From the NCBI RefSeq assembly GCF_001194135.2, contig NC_069002.1, positions 13,701,580 to 13,765,579 on the forward strand: a stretch of 64,000 nt of DNA. The letters are read 5' to 3'. The notes under the pieces were generated by a model. The model searched no databases. It was not told the origin of the DNA and saw nothing but the letters and a program-made list of their open reading frames with translations. A program made the translations under genes and the position numbers. The stretch comes from Octopus bimaculoides. Taxonomy: Eukaryota. Shown here one piece after another: positions 1 to 13,933 of this stretch (position 1 is the first letter of the stretch; each line of letters starts with the position of its first letter).

Positions 1-25
1 CAGTAAAAGAATATAGATTACTTAC

Positions 26-219
26 TTCATGCTAATTATTTCAAATATAGCTGTGAATCCAATAACTAATGCTTGAACGTAAGTTGGCAGAATCCTGCGA
101 GAGATTGCGTATGTTCCAAATGGACAAGCCACCATTGCAGTCAAAACAAAGGACACTTGAATCCAATGTTTGATTTTTGTACCTTTTGGCAACCAATAAT
201 GGCTTTCTTGAAGAGAATA
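26..219 (-). CDS. Coding exon 12 of EGF-7TM-RING gene (post-RING TM hairpin, TM8-TM9)
   Basis: ttttgcag|TATTCT...ATGAA|gtaagt; 194 nt, phase 0 to 2; YSLQESHYWL...FEIISM. Confidence 0.88.
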
Positions 220-3200
220 CTGCAAAATAAATAGTATTATTTCATTAATTTTTCTTTTAACGATGAAATTTTATTTTCATAAATAAAAACCTTCCATGTC
301 TTTTTAAATTGTTCTTGTTTTTTTCCTTTCTTACAGATAGAATTCTTTTCTCTCACCCTTATCTCTTTTTTTCCTTTCTTCCACAATCTTTTCAGACTTA
401 TCTGTTTCACACATACATTGTCTTTTCTCTCTCACACACATCTTCCTTTCTTTCACAAAATGATTTTCTCATACTCATATCTCTTCCCTCCTCCTAAACA
501 ATAAAGTCTGTCAATAGAATTTGGATTCGTCTTTTGTTCAGACAGTTTTGGTTCTCTAAGATATATCTAGTTCTTATTTTATTGAATACTTTGTCAAACC
601 ATTAAGTTATAGGGGAAAATGTTAACAAAGAAACGCATTTATTATAGGATTCAGTATAGTTTCTTATTTCTTTATTGTCCACAAGGGGCTAAACATAGAG
701 GGGGCAGACAAAGGGATTAAGTCGATTACATCGACCCTAGTGTGTAACTGGTACTTAATTTATTGACCCCGAAAGGATGAAAGGCAAAGTCGACCTCGGC
801 AGAATTTGAACTTAGAACGTACCGGCAGATGAAATACCGCTGAGCATTTTGCCCAGTGTGCTAACATTTCTGCCAGCTCGCCAGTATAGTTTCTATCTGC
901 CAAATTTAATTTGCAAGGCTTGCTGACCCAAGGTTATAACATATTTTTCTGAGTAGGATTGAACCTGCAACTACAGTTGCAAATTGAAGTTAACCATTCA
1001 GTTACATCCATTTCATTTTACTTTATCATTTTGGCTATTTGATAGAAAGGTTTTCAATGCAAGAAGGAAAGAAAAAAAAAAAGCTCACCTTTTCCAAACA
1101 AACTCTGCAAGTGGCATTTGCTGCTGTTGATTCACTCTGAGAAGTAAAAGAAACAAACATATTATGTCTAACTTAACAAAAAACGAGTTCCTAAAAACAT
1201 ATTGTTTGGAAGAATCTTCCATTACTCCTCTAACTATAGCACTTCATTCTGCTGATACTGTAATTATGTGAGAGCAGTAGCACACACACTTCATCTCTCT
1301 TTTGTTCAGCCAAATGTCACTCTCCTTGCAACCACTTCCTTTTGCAAGCCATCCTGCATTCTCAATATCATCCCTTACAGCTTTTTCTATTTTCCACTGA
1401 ACACCCCCTCATATCTGCTATCATTATTTCCTCTTCTGCCCAGGCCCACTCCTATTTTCCTTCACTTTTACCCCCAAATTAAGATTCATGCCTTCACACA
1501 TGTTCACCATTCACTTCTATCATCTCTAACCATCTGTCACTCTCACAAATCTTTCGCTTAACCTTCTCAATCCTCTCTGTCCCTATTTTCTTGTGCAACT
1601 TACTTAGAGCTTGTGAGTAAAATGGTGGATAAATTCAAAATGTAATGAGGTCTTAATCAACTTATATTAATTTTCTTTTGTGTGTATTTTATTCTTTTAC
1701 ATGTTTCAGTAAATGAGCTATAGCCATGCAGGAGCACCACTGCATCCTGAAAGTGCTGCAATACCAGATCAACTTGTGGCAAAGAATAAATTTAATATCA
1801 ATGGTCACAAATAGGGACTGCACCACATATTAAACTGATCAGAACAGACACTAGATTTTTATCATATCCAGAACAATCGCATGTCCTCCACTCTCGTCTT
1901 GATATCACACGATGTTTGGAAGCAAACACTGTTTGTTTTCAGTCTTCCATGGAAAATATGTCTGTCTATGAGGAATATTACCTTTCTTGGAAACAGTTGA
2001 GGGTTGACAGCAGGAAGTGCATCCAACTGTAGAAAATCTGCCTCAACTAATTCTGTCTGATCCATGCATGCATGAGAAAGCAGATATGGAAACAATATTG
2101 TGTTCACATGGAGGAGTATGTATGTGCATGTGTATATATACATATACACACACGTGTGTGTAGTGTATATATATATATATATATATTACACACACACATG
2201 TATTTGTGCACATGTGTTTTTCAATATGTCTAGTTGACTTACCTCAACTAACCATTGTCGTAGACAGTCATGGTGCACAGCAGACATGTCCCCTTTACAT
2301 TTGCAGGCTTGAATGAGAGGTCCACAGCTGACATTCTCTGGGTCATAACATATCCAACACAAGAGGTTCTGATCATCAACTGCTGCAAATATATCATAAA
2401 AAAAAAATCTAGCAAAAACCGAAGTCTTAGTATAAGTAGAAAGGCAGACAAATCACAAATCCCTTCAAGTAGATGGCCCTGCTCAATCTGTAGAAAAAGT
2501 GTAGGTAGAAATATGTACCTGGTGTAAGCTATGGACACATAAGAGGTGCAGCAATATCAAAAGAAGGTTAACTGGGAGGATAGATTTAGTGTGTGGCAGA
2601 TGCACAGGGGCAATTAACATCAAAGATGTATAGAAAATAGATTCTATCACATGCCAAGGAAAAAAAACTAGAAGCAGTTGATAGCTTCCGTTACCTAGGT
2701 GAACAAGTGGATGCTCTGAGAGTGTAGCTGCTAGAATAAGAATAGGCTGGGCAAAGTTCAGAGAGCTCCTACCTCTGCTGGTAACAAAGGGCCTCTTACT
2801 TATTGAAAAATAGACTGTATGATGCCTGTGTGTGAACAGCCTTGCTACACGGCAGTGAAACATGGGCTGTGAGTGCTGAGGACCTGTGTAGGCTTGAAAG
2901 GAACGAAGCTAGTATCCTCCGCTAGATGTGCAATGTCAGTGTGCATACAGAACTGTGTAAGTGCCTGCAGAGAAAAGTTGGACATAAGAAGCATCAGATG
3001 TGGTGTACAAGAGAGATGACTGCACTGGTATGGTCATGTGTTATGTATGGATGAGGACAGCTGTGTGACGAAGTGTCACACCCTAACAGTGGAGGGAACC
3101 TGTGGAAGAGATAGATCCAGGAAGACCTGGGATGAGGTAGTGAAGCACAACCATTGAACGTTGGGCCTCACAGAGGCAATGACAGTGACCGAGACCTTTG

Positions 3201-6200
3201 GAGATATACTGTGCTTCAGAAGACCCAGCAAGCCAAGTGGGAATGTACCCTTCAATTGTCAGGCAATATGCTGTGCTTGAGAAGACCTGTTGAGCCAAGT
3301 GTAATTGTAGTCGTGCCACCTAACTGGCACATAAAAAGTACCATTCAAGGGTGGCCGATGCCAGTGGCATGTAAAAAAGCAGTATTCGAGCATGGCTGAT
3401 GCCAGTGCTGCCTGACTGGAAAAATGAGCTAGGAAAAATGTCACTAAAACACACTAACAATTAGTTCTTTGTAAAGGCAGAAAGCTAGCAGAATTCAGGC
3501 AACACATTTAGATCAGTTCTGTATTATTGCTGTCATTCAGGAATTGTCCTTTTAAAAACAATAGAAAAAATGAAAATGAAATATAACAAGATGTTACTCT
3601 ACCTCCTCCAACACAAAAATTAAGTGTGTGTGTGTGTGGGGGGGGGGATACATATAATTTTCAAACTTACCAGAATTGTTTTTGGAGGCTTCTGTGCCTT
3701 CCTGTTGTCTGGTAGCAATGTTTAAGCTGGTTCTCAAACTCTTACCGCGGTCAAATGAAAGGAAAATCTTTTTTGGATTTAAAACCCATAATTCTTCAGG
3801 ACTGTGTAGAGATAACCGATGTTGGTCATTATTGTGATGGTGGTGAAAGTTGATTGAGTCAGAGAAAAATATCGAGAAAATAAGAGAGAGAGAGATTTGA
3901 GTAAAATACATGGTATTTTAATTTATTTTTGCAATATTATAATTTTAAATGGTGTAAAGTATAGCTGTGCTTGTATTTAAAGTTTAACAATTCTTGAGAA
4001 CAGCTTAAGAAAGGAAATTGACATGTTTAACAATGTCTTGGTTATCGTCATTGTTTTAATGTTCACTTTCCATGCTTGCATGGGTCAGATGAAATTCACC
4101 GAGGCAGATTTTATACAACTGGATGCCCTTCTTTGATGACAGGAAGGGCATCCAGTTGCATAAACCTTTTTCCAAGCAAGGTAATATTTTCCTTTGACCG
4201 CACGTTTTCACAGATGGTTGGAAATGAATGATCTCATTTGTATAATGGTGATATTTGTTTTATAAGCATCATAAATGTCAAGACAAGGGGTCAAACACAC
4301 ACACATACATATATATATATATACAATGGGCTTCTTTTAGTTTTCCAGCAACCAAATCCACTCACAAAGCTTTTGGTTAGCTGAAGGTTATAATAGGAGA
4401 CACTTACTCAAAGTGCCATGCAGTAGGACTGAACCTAAAGCCATGTGGTTGAGAAGCAAATTTCTTAACCACATAGCTATGCTTGTGTAAAAAAAACCCA
4501 AAAAACTCCCAGTTAATATGGCACGTATATAAAAAAAAAAACTATGTATGACAGTGAATAGCAGAAGTACAATTATTGCAGATGACTGAATTAAATAAAA
4601 AGTGATTAATATATGAAGCTAACTTACAAAGTCTGTTGAAACATTGGTAACAAATCCGTAAGTTGTAGAATGATTAATGAGGGAGGAATTGGGTACAGCA
4701 GCCAGTATAGAAGTTTAATTTCCAAGAAAGACTGATGATAGTAAGCGGAGAAAGTGGCTGACCATGAAGTATATGGCAGAAACATGCAAAAAGAAATGGT
4801 TATGTTGATGTGAAATAATGTGAATGTATGTTGTTTCAACCCTGTGAGTAAAAAGATAAAAAGGTGATGTAACTGTTATTTCTAGCAGAATGAGCAACCA
4901 TGTAGAGGCTCTAATTTGCTTGATATATTCAAGAATGTTGTATGTACTTCATGTGTATAATGCAAGTAAGTGTATATGTGCATATAAACATGCATGTTTT
5001 TTAGAATATATACATCCATGTTTGAATGCACATTACCAAATGATATGTTTTTTTTTTTTATAAAGACAGTAAGGTGTGATCATCTGATGGAGATTTGGCT
5101 GCTATTACAACCAAATCAAGCAACTGCATTGAAACTCCTTTGTTAGCTTAGTTCATACTTAACGTTGATGACAACAGTGGAAGACCTCTTTGAACTGAAG
5201 TAAATGATGGTTGACCTAAAAAGTAACTGTTAAATCAGACCTGACACTCCTGAACTTGAGTGAACAGAAACGATAATGGGTGGAGAGACACAAAAAGAAA
5301 AAAAAATCATATTAATAAATTGTAGAAATGAATGGGAGAGGAGAAGGGGCAGGGTTTACATTAATGTTAATGTAAACAAAACTGTTGTTATATATTTGTA
5401 ATCTTCCACAGATTTCACCCTTCCCACTGCCTCTACTCTGAGGTAGGCTTCTATATTACATATTCTGTTTTCGTTGTGTTAAGGAATGCATGAGTGTTCA
5501 CGAGGAGTAGAAAATGTCTGTTTCAGCTTACATATGTTTGTGTTTTTAAATCTGATAAAGAAGATTAAGATTTAAAAATCATTTAATAGGTTTCAGCTTT
5601 AAAACTATGGTATTTTGTTTGTCATTTTTCTTCTCACCAGTGATGGGCATGCTTGAGATATCACACGTTTGTGTGTGAGTGTTTGCATTTGTTTTGGGTT
5701 AGGTTTTTATTAAGACTGACAGACGGACAGATACATAGATGGAGTGGTGCGAGAGGGGATGATCTATATTTTACAGGATTAAAACAACACAATATTAACA
5801 AGGTTTTAAGGTTCATCAGAATGTGAGAAACCAAATACTATTAAAGCTGATTATCTCCAGTATTTATTACTGTGCAGACCCAATTTAAAAGCAATAATAA
5901 CTATATCACATAATCACCATTAATGAGGTGAGTTTATTTATTAAAATCCTTCATAATCCAACCCAAGTCATCCCAGAAAGCTCTTACACAGGATTGCTTT
6001 AAATATTTGTTGAATAGGTACGGGCATGGCTGTGTGGTTAAAAGCTCACTTTGCGGCCACATGGTTTTGAGTTCAATCCCACTACATAGCACCTTGGGCA
6101 AGTGTTTTCTATAGCCCCAGACTAATTAATACCGTGTGAGTGAATTTGGTAAACAGAAACTGAGCGGAAGCCCACTGTGTGTTTCCCAACTGCTTGACAA

Positions 6201-9200
6201 CTGGTGTTTGTTTGTTTGTATCCCAGTAACTTAGGGATTTGGTAAAAGAGACCAACAGAATAAGTGTCAGATTTTTAGAAAAAAAAAAATGAAAAAGTAC
6301 TGGGGTAAATTTGACTAAACCCTTCAAGGTGGTGCCCCAGCATGGCTGCAGTCCAATGAATGAAACTAGTAAAAGATACTAAAATGTCAAGTACCTTCCC
6401 CTCTGACACCACTCTGACTACTTCCAGTAAAGAGCTGTATTCTCATTGACATTTCTACCCCTTTTGGGGGGATAGTTTTATAGGTTTTCTAATTGTTTCA
6501 GCATGAATTCATGCATGTATGGTCCAGTCATTCAATTGTGGCCGTGCTGGAGCACCACCTTCGAAAATTTTCACCAATCCTATCAAGTATCAAACTGATA
6601 TAAGCACTAATGTTGTTTTGTTTGTATATGTTGAACGACTAAGTAATGGAGAAACACATCAACACTGGTTGTTGGTGGTTGGCACTCTGTCGGTTACGAC
6701 AACGAGGGTTCCAGTTGATCCGATCAACGGAACAGCCTGCACGTGAAATTAACGTGCAAGTGGCTGAGCACTCCACAGACACATGTACCCTTAACGTAGT
6801 TCTCGGGGATATTCAGCGTGACACAGAGTGTGACAAGGCTGGCCCTTTGAAATACAGGTACAACAGAAACAGGAAGTAAGAGTGAGACAAGGTTGTGGTG
6901 AAAGAATACAGCAGGGTTCGCCACCATCCCCTGCTGGAGCCTCGTGGAGCTTTAGGTGTTTCCGCTCAATAAACACTCACAATGCCCGGTCTGGGAATCG
7001 AAACCGCGATCCTACGACTGCGGGTCCGCTGCCCTAACCACTGGGCCATTGCGCCTCCACTACTGGTTGTTAAACCAGTCAAAACAAAAACATGCACACA
7101 CACGTATAAAATTTATTTTCATGATGGATGCCAACAGCTCCATATAGAAGTGCTGATCTCTCAAAGCGGATGGAACACGTGAAAGTGGGAGACCCAGGAA
7201 GACATGCGATGAAGTACTGAAGAATGATCTCAGGAAGCTGAACCTTTCAGGTGAGATGACAAATGACCAAGATACCTTGCACCAATAATTGCAAGCGTAA
7301 AAAAAGTGGACATTAAATGATTATATTTGCCCACAATGAGATTGAACCCAAAATCATATGGGGAAGCCAACTTTGTAACCATACAGCTATGCCGTCTCCA
7401 TCTTTTGAGGTTATCTCTTTTTTTTCTGACTCTAAAGTGGAGAAGCCAGTCTTTACTATGTTGGGGAAAAACCAGACTATGCTATGTTGATTAGTTGTGG
7501 ACAGTTATAGGATTTGGAATGGTAACAGGAAAGAAACTGCTCATATCACATATGATTGGCTGGTAGGCTGACACCCAGTCCCTCTCCTCCATATATATAC
7601 ACATCACATACTAAGTATTTGCGTGCATAAAAAAAAACCGTTACTAAGGCTACATAACATATCCCCAGCAAAACTAACATGCATAAAACTGTTTGTGAAC
7701 AAATACAAAATGGGTTTTTTTCTCAGTAAATAAAAATGACAAACTCAAAATTCCAAACCAAATAATCTAAAGTAGTCTTTCAAGAGGGTGGCAGAGGGGT
7801 ACAACTTAATTCCAAACAAATCTACCTAAGATCGGTGACATCAGCAGTACATATCCTGTTACTGCACCAATCTATGAAGAGGGCATCCACTTGTCTTAAG
7901 TAGATACTACCCCCTACTGGTAGCTCAATACAGGAATGACTAGAGTAAAGGCTAAAAAATGTCAGCAGAATGGCACCCAGGAATCATGACCTAGATGCAG
8001 CCTGGCTCTCTTAGAGTATAATGAGGGCTGAAACACTTGTTTGGTGGGGTTGTTCTTCTCTGAAGACCTACTGTTCAGCTCTCTTGAGTTTCTTATCACT
8101 TAAGGGGTTAAAAAATTTCTTCATTCTTCAACAACTAGCAAACCCTGAACAAAGCTAAAAGAGACCTGCAACAGTGTGCTGCCTTTTGCATCCAGGCAGG
8201 GGCTGATCGACAGCATAAAGACATCCTACACTGCATTCAAAGAAAGGTCGACCGAATGATAGATCTGCAGTCATTCACAAATGTAGTCCAGCCTCTGACT
8301 CGTGGACATGTTGTCCCCTACTCTCTCTTTCTTTCTCTCCTCTTAACGTTGACCTCTTCTCCCTTGAGCTGTCTAGTCCCATGCTACCACCACCAATCCA
8401 CTCCTGACTTATTTCTCTTCTCTCACCCCACCCATACTGTGATCCTCACCTCACCCATCACTATTCCTGCAGACCATCAATCCCTCAGTAATTCCATCTC
8501 GTGTGTCTTTCAGCAACCGTCAACTTACAATTGTTCAATAAGGAACATTAATTGCATTTATCTTTCCACACTTTCTGCAGGTTCTGAGGTGCCCTGAATA
8601 TCTTGGAAGAGGTAGGGTGGGGAAACACAGCCCTTTCTCCAAACCAAATCAATGTAAAAACAAAACAAAGTAGCTACTCCTTCACAAAGTCCCTAATGTT
8701 GACTCAAGAACTCAATGAAAGCTACCAATGACTTTCAAGGAATCATTATCTTTGGAAATATCCATAAAATGTATTGAAGATATTGAAGAGAAACATTAGA
8801 ATTTTGTATTTTCAATATTCATTTTACAGAAAAAATGGATTACATACATCATCATTATATATACTAACAGAAAGTCTGCTGGTGAGGATCACAGTATGGG
8901 TGGGGTGAGAGAAGAGAAATAAGTCAGGAGTGGATTGGTGGTGGTAGCATGGGACTAGACAGCTCAAGGGAGAAGAGGTCAACGTTAAGAGGAGAGAAAG
9001 AAAGAGAGAGTAGGGGACAACATGTCCACGAGTCAGAGGCTGGACTACATTTGTGAATGACTGCAGATCTATCATTCGGTCGACCTTTCTTTGAATGCAG
9101 TGTAGGATGTCTTTATGCTGTCGATCAGCCCCTGCCTGGATGCAAAAGGCAGCACACTGTTGCAGGTCTCTTTTAGCTTTGTTCAGGGTTTGNNNNNNNN

Positions 9201-12200
9201 NNCAGGAGTGGATTGGTGGTGGTAGCATGGGACTAGACAGCTCAAGGGAGAAGAGGTCAACGTTAAGAGGAGAGAAAGAAAGAGAGAGTAGGGGACAACA
9301 TGTCCACGAGTCAGAGGCTGGACTACATTTGTGAATGACTGCAGATCTATCATTCGGTCGACCTTTCTTTGAATGCAGTGTAGGATGTCTTTATGCTGTC
9401 GATCAGCCCCTGCCTGGATGCAAAAGGCAGCACACTGTTGCAGGTCTCTTTTAGCTTTGTTCAGGGTTTGCTAGTTGTTGAAGAATGAAGAAATTTTTTA
9501 ACCCCTTAAGTGATTCCCATTTCTAATAATTTTAAAATTTTACATCTAATTATTTCTTTGTATAATAGTGCTCACTTGGTTAGTAAATATTGCTTTCATT
9601 ATTCTATCACAGTCATAATCTCTCTTTTTTAAACAAACATCACAACAGTCCAACAATACAGGGAGAAGCAGTTTGTCAAGTTGTACCTTCCTCTCACAGC
9701 AACATAGAGATTTCAATTAAGCAGTGTGTGTGTTTGAGAAAGAGAGAGAGAGAACATTGCAAACAATGAATGAAATAAATATGAAATGAAAAAAAAATCA
9801 TATAAATAGTTTCCATCTACCAAAATCCACTCACAAGGCTTTGGTCGGCCTGAAGCTATAGTAGAAGACACTTGCCTAAGGTGCTGTGCAGTGTGACTGA
9901 ACCCAGAACCATGTGGTTGGGAAGCAAGTGTCTTACCACACAGCCACACCTATATTATATATGTGTGTGTGTATATTTTGTATTCCTTGTCTTGACACTG
10001 TGTATACAATGTTTGTAGGATACTCATATTTTGTTTGCAATCAGTGCAATTCACCATTAAGGAAATTCACCACGAGGAAATTTCACTGCAAGGAAAGTTT
10101 ACCAAAAAAATATATCCATAGTATCTCACCATTAATAGTTAAAAACTTTCCTAACAGTGACCATTCTTTATGGTGAACTTTTCCTGCAGTGAATTAATGA
10201 CAGTGAACTTATCAGACATGAAATTTCATTAGTCGTAATACAACTAAGTATGGTAGACTGTTTAACCAGCAGACTGGATGATGATGATGTACATAGTGGA
10301 TCTTTTAACTTAATAGTAGCAGTCAAACATCTATTTGTACACACAAGACACCATACTACACACACACACATTTCGTTTTTGGATTTGGTTTGCAAGATTT
10401 TTTGTGATTTCGTGTGTTTTGTCTGGGGAGAGTCATTTTCTTATTGTGCCTTAAAATTTAACACACTCACCGGTAAAATTTCCACTTATTTTTTATTTTC
10501 CTAAAATTTTCGTTGCGTCTTGCAACCTTTTCAATAGTCTTGACTCTCTCTCTCTCTTTCTCTCTATCTATATATCTATATATATATATATCCTCCTGTC
10601 ATGTGTGATTGTATAATATCACATGTATGTATGATATTTATAAGATATAATTACCTACAACAGTTCCAGAGAACACACGGAAACCAAAGGGAAACTCCAA
10701 ACTCGATGATTCGAAATCCAATATCAAAAACATTTTGGCTAAGAACAGGAAGTCTGTTTGAAAAATAAATAAATAAGTATAAACATCAAAACAATAATAA
10801 CTGCAACAACAACAACATCAAACTTAATAATGTTGCTCTGGGATGCCAATCAAATATGACTTTAATTACCAACCGACCTTGGACTTATTCAGAAGAGAGA
10901 AATATTAAAAAAACGATAAAAGATAAGGAAAAACATTTGTTGGTTAATCATTCTTCCACATCAGTCTTTTCTGCATGTTTTTATTTCTTTCTATGTATTT
11001 TTTAATTATCTTTTTGCCTTGTTTTTCTTTTATCTTTTTCTTTCACTTTTTTTCATCTTTTCCTTTTATATATTATCTCGTCTGCTTTTCTGTTTTGTGT
11101 TATTTCTCTTTTGATGTTTCTCCCTTTTTCTCTCCCATCATTTATCTGCTGCTATATTTCTGCTTTCTTCCCTTTTCTTTTCTCTCTTTCTCTTTCATAT
11201 CGCACTTGCAAGCAAAGCTTTAGAAGTAGACGGACATTAAACTTTCAACAGTAGAAGAGAAAATAACAGTAGTAGCCACAGTCTTATAACAACTGCAACA
11301 GCAATACTTTCACTAGATACACTATTATCCTCGCCTAAGCTGGTTTATATTAAGACAGCTAGAAGTCTCTGTTCAGAATCAGCTTTACCTTGTTAGACCT
11401 GTTCCAACATCAGTGAAACTAAGAGATATATGGGTAAGGGAAACAAAAAAAAAAATAATAATAATGTTCATTGAGATTACACTGACATAATTAAGAGGGA
11501 GAAATTAAGAGGAGAAAGATTACACAAAGTTACAGTTCAATTAACAGCAATCTTAATTATCACAGAATTTTTTTTTTTTATATTAAATTTTTTACTTGTA
11601 TAACCAGAATAATATTTACATCTAGAAAGAAGTCACTTGATCAAATTTATTGAATCTTCATGCAGATGTAAACATTAAAACATCTTATATATTGCCATGG
11701 CTGTGTGGTAAGAAGTTTGGTTCCGAGTTTAGTCCCAATGCATGGTACCTTGGGTAAATGTCTACATAGTCCAGGGCCAACCAAAGCCTTGTGAGTGGAT
11801 TTGGTAGAAAAAAAAAAAAAATGAAAGAAGTCCATCATATATGCACGTATTAGGTGTGTGGTAAGAAGTTTGCTTCCAAACCACATGGTTTCAGGTTCAG
11901 TCCCACTGAGGTGGCACCTTGACCAAATGTCTTCTACATATCCTTTGGCCAACCAAAGCCTTGTGAGTGGATTTGGTTGAGGCTGAGATGCCACTGCTAA
12001 ATCCTCATTCGAAAATATATATATAATTTTCTAAGTGACACAGTTACTGATCTAATAAATAGAAACATTCAGTAGCAATACTTTAAAGTAAAGGTTATTT
12101 GCCAACCCAATGTGGCAGTCCCGGTTGGGATGAATGGTCGACGAAGGGAAATAACCCTGGAACTGTGCAGTTCACAGATACTGCTTTGTGCTGAGTGGGG

Positions 12201-13870
12201 GTGCTAAACTCCTTCTGTTCAAAAATATAAGGAAACAGATTTTGTGTTGTATAGCCAGCTGGAGACGATGTTTCCTGGGGTTAAACAACAGTAGCATTCA
12301 TCCCAACCAGGACTACCACATTAGGTTAGCAAATAACCTTTACTTTAAAGGGCCGCTACTGAATATCTCTCGTTGAGAGATATAGGAACAATAATGTTTC
12401 TATATATATATATATATATTAGTTTATGTATATATTAATATTATCTCAGTTATTAAAACCTTTGATAATGTAAATATGTTAATAGTTACCAGAGGTAGCA
12501 AAATTACACTAAAAAACAAGATATCACACCCGTTTTACAGGTAGAGAAAACCTAACGGTCACTGACCATGTAACATCTCTGCTCGTAAGTTACCTCATCA
12601 TTTCGTTTTTGTTTTGCTATTATATGTTTTATTATGAACTCCCTGAAGAGAAATATATGAGGAATCCCAGCAGCTCTTACTTCTTTGTGAAAGAGCTCTC
12701 ATTTATTTTGAAACATGTGTAGGAATTAAAGGAACTTTTATTTATATGCGTTTTGCTCCATTTATTATTATTATTATCCATATATATATATATATTTCTA
12801 TATATATATGTGTGTGTGTGTGTGCAAATGATCTCATGATCTGCAACACTAACTTAAAAAAACCAGCCAACCACTTAATCACTTATCAGTCTGTTAAGCA
12901 CATAAGCCAGATTGACTACCTCCTCACCAGACAAAGAGGTAGATGAGTGCTTAAAAATGCAAAGTCTTTCCCAGGTGAAGAGTGTCAGCCCAACATAGGT
13001 TACTAGTCAGTGACTTCAGAATTAGAGCTAGAAAGACTCAATCTGGAAAAGACGATTATGGAATCTCAAAGACCCAGCAAACAGACAAAAATTTACGGAT
13101 TTGCTGATGAAAGAGAGGAAGAGTTGAGGACATATAGCTTCAGAGGACAACTGGGAGTTCTTACAGGACAATCTACTGAGGGCTATGGACGAAACCTGTG
13201 GTAGGTGCAGAGTTCCAGCTAGACCAAGGGTGACATGGTGGTATAAAGGCAAAAAGACAGGCGTGGAAAGACTAGAAAAAAGTGGAAGCAGAGAATTATA
13301 TCAGGTAACCAAAAGGGCAGCTAGATGTCAGGTATACATAGCAAAAGGAGTAGCTGAAGGTAAGAGATATGCAAATGTCCTATAACATGAGGATCAGAGG
13401 CATGAGGTGTTCATGGTTATAAAGCAGTGTATCAGAGGAAATAGAGATGTGGTAGGTGAGAAATGTGTGCGAATGGATAATGGTGTGCTTGTACTTAGTG
13501 ACTCAGAGAAGAAAGATGCATGGAAGTGCCACTATGAAAGGTTACTAAGCATGGAAAATGAATGGGGGAAGGACAGTTTACCAGATATTGAACCAATTGA
13601 GGGACCAGCCATCAGAGTTGATAGCAGCATAATAGATAAGGCAATTAAGGACATGAAGACAGGAAAGCCCTGTTAGAATTTTACGGGGCAAGGAACACAT
13701 TGCTCTCATTCGAAGGTGGAACATTGCTATTGAAGGAAACAGTGACTATGTTGAGAAGTAAGGATGTGATCCACAGAGGACCAGCTTCATTTTGATGTAT
13801 GATACATGTTCCTGTGTTGGTAATTATACCTGTTCTAAACAAAATGGCATTACATTTTGACTCACCCTCG

Positions 13871-13933
<63 letters not shown>

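Noticed and set aside
4624-4839. Hydrophobic 71-aa ORF as an extra TM exon
   Set aside because: Its frame needs a phase-1 entry, but the upstream exon ends in phase 2; kept only as a possible stop-containing cassette.
6985-7058. tRNA-like A/B boxes as tRNA genes (also 37278, 23550, 57755)
   Set aside because: No complete cloverleaf; they continue into the SINE body.
8925-9470. Tandem direct duplication of about 268 bp
   Set aside because: Copies sit on either side of a 10-N gap and are identical, the typical unmerged contig overlap.
10040-10215. Cluster of short TTCACC/GGTGAA inverted motifs
   Set aside because: Probably decayed transposon subterminal repeats; no definable termini.
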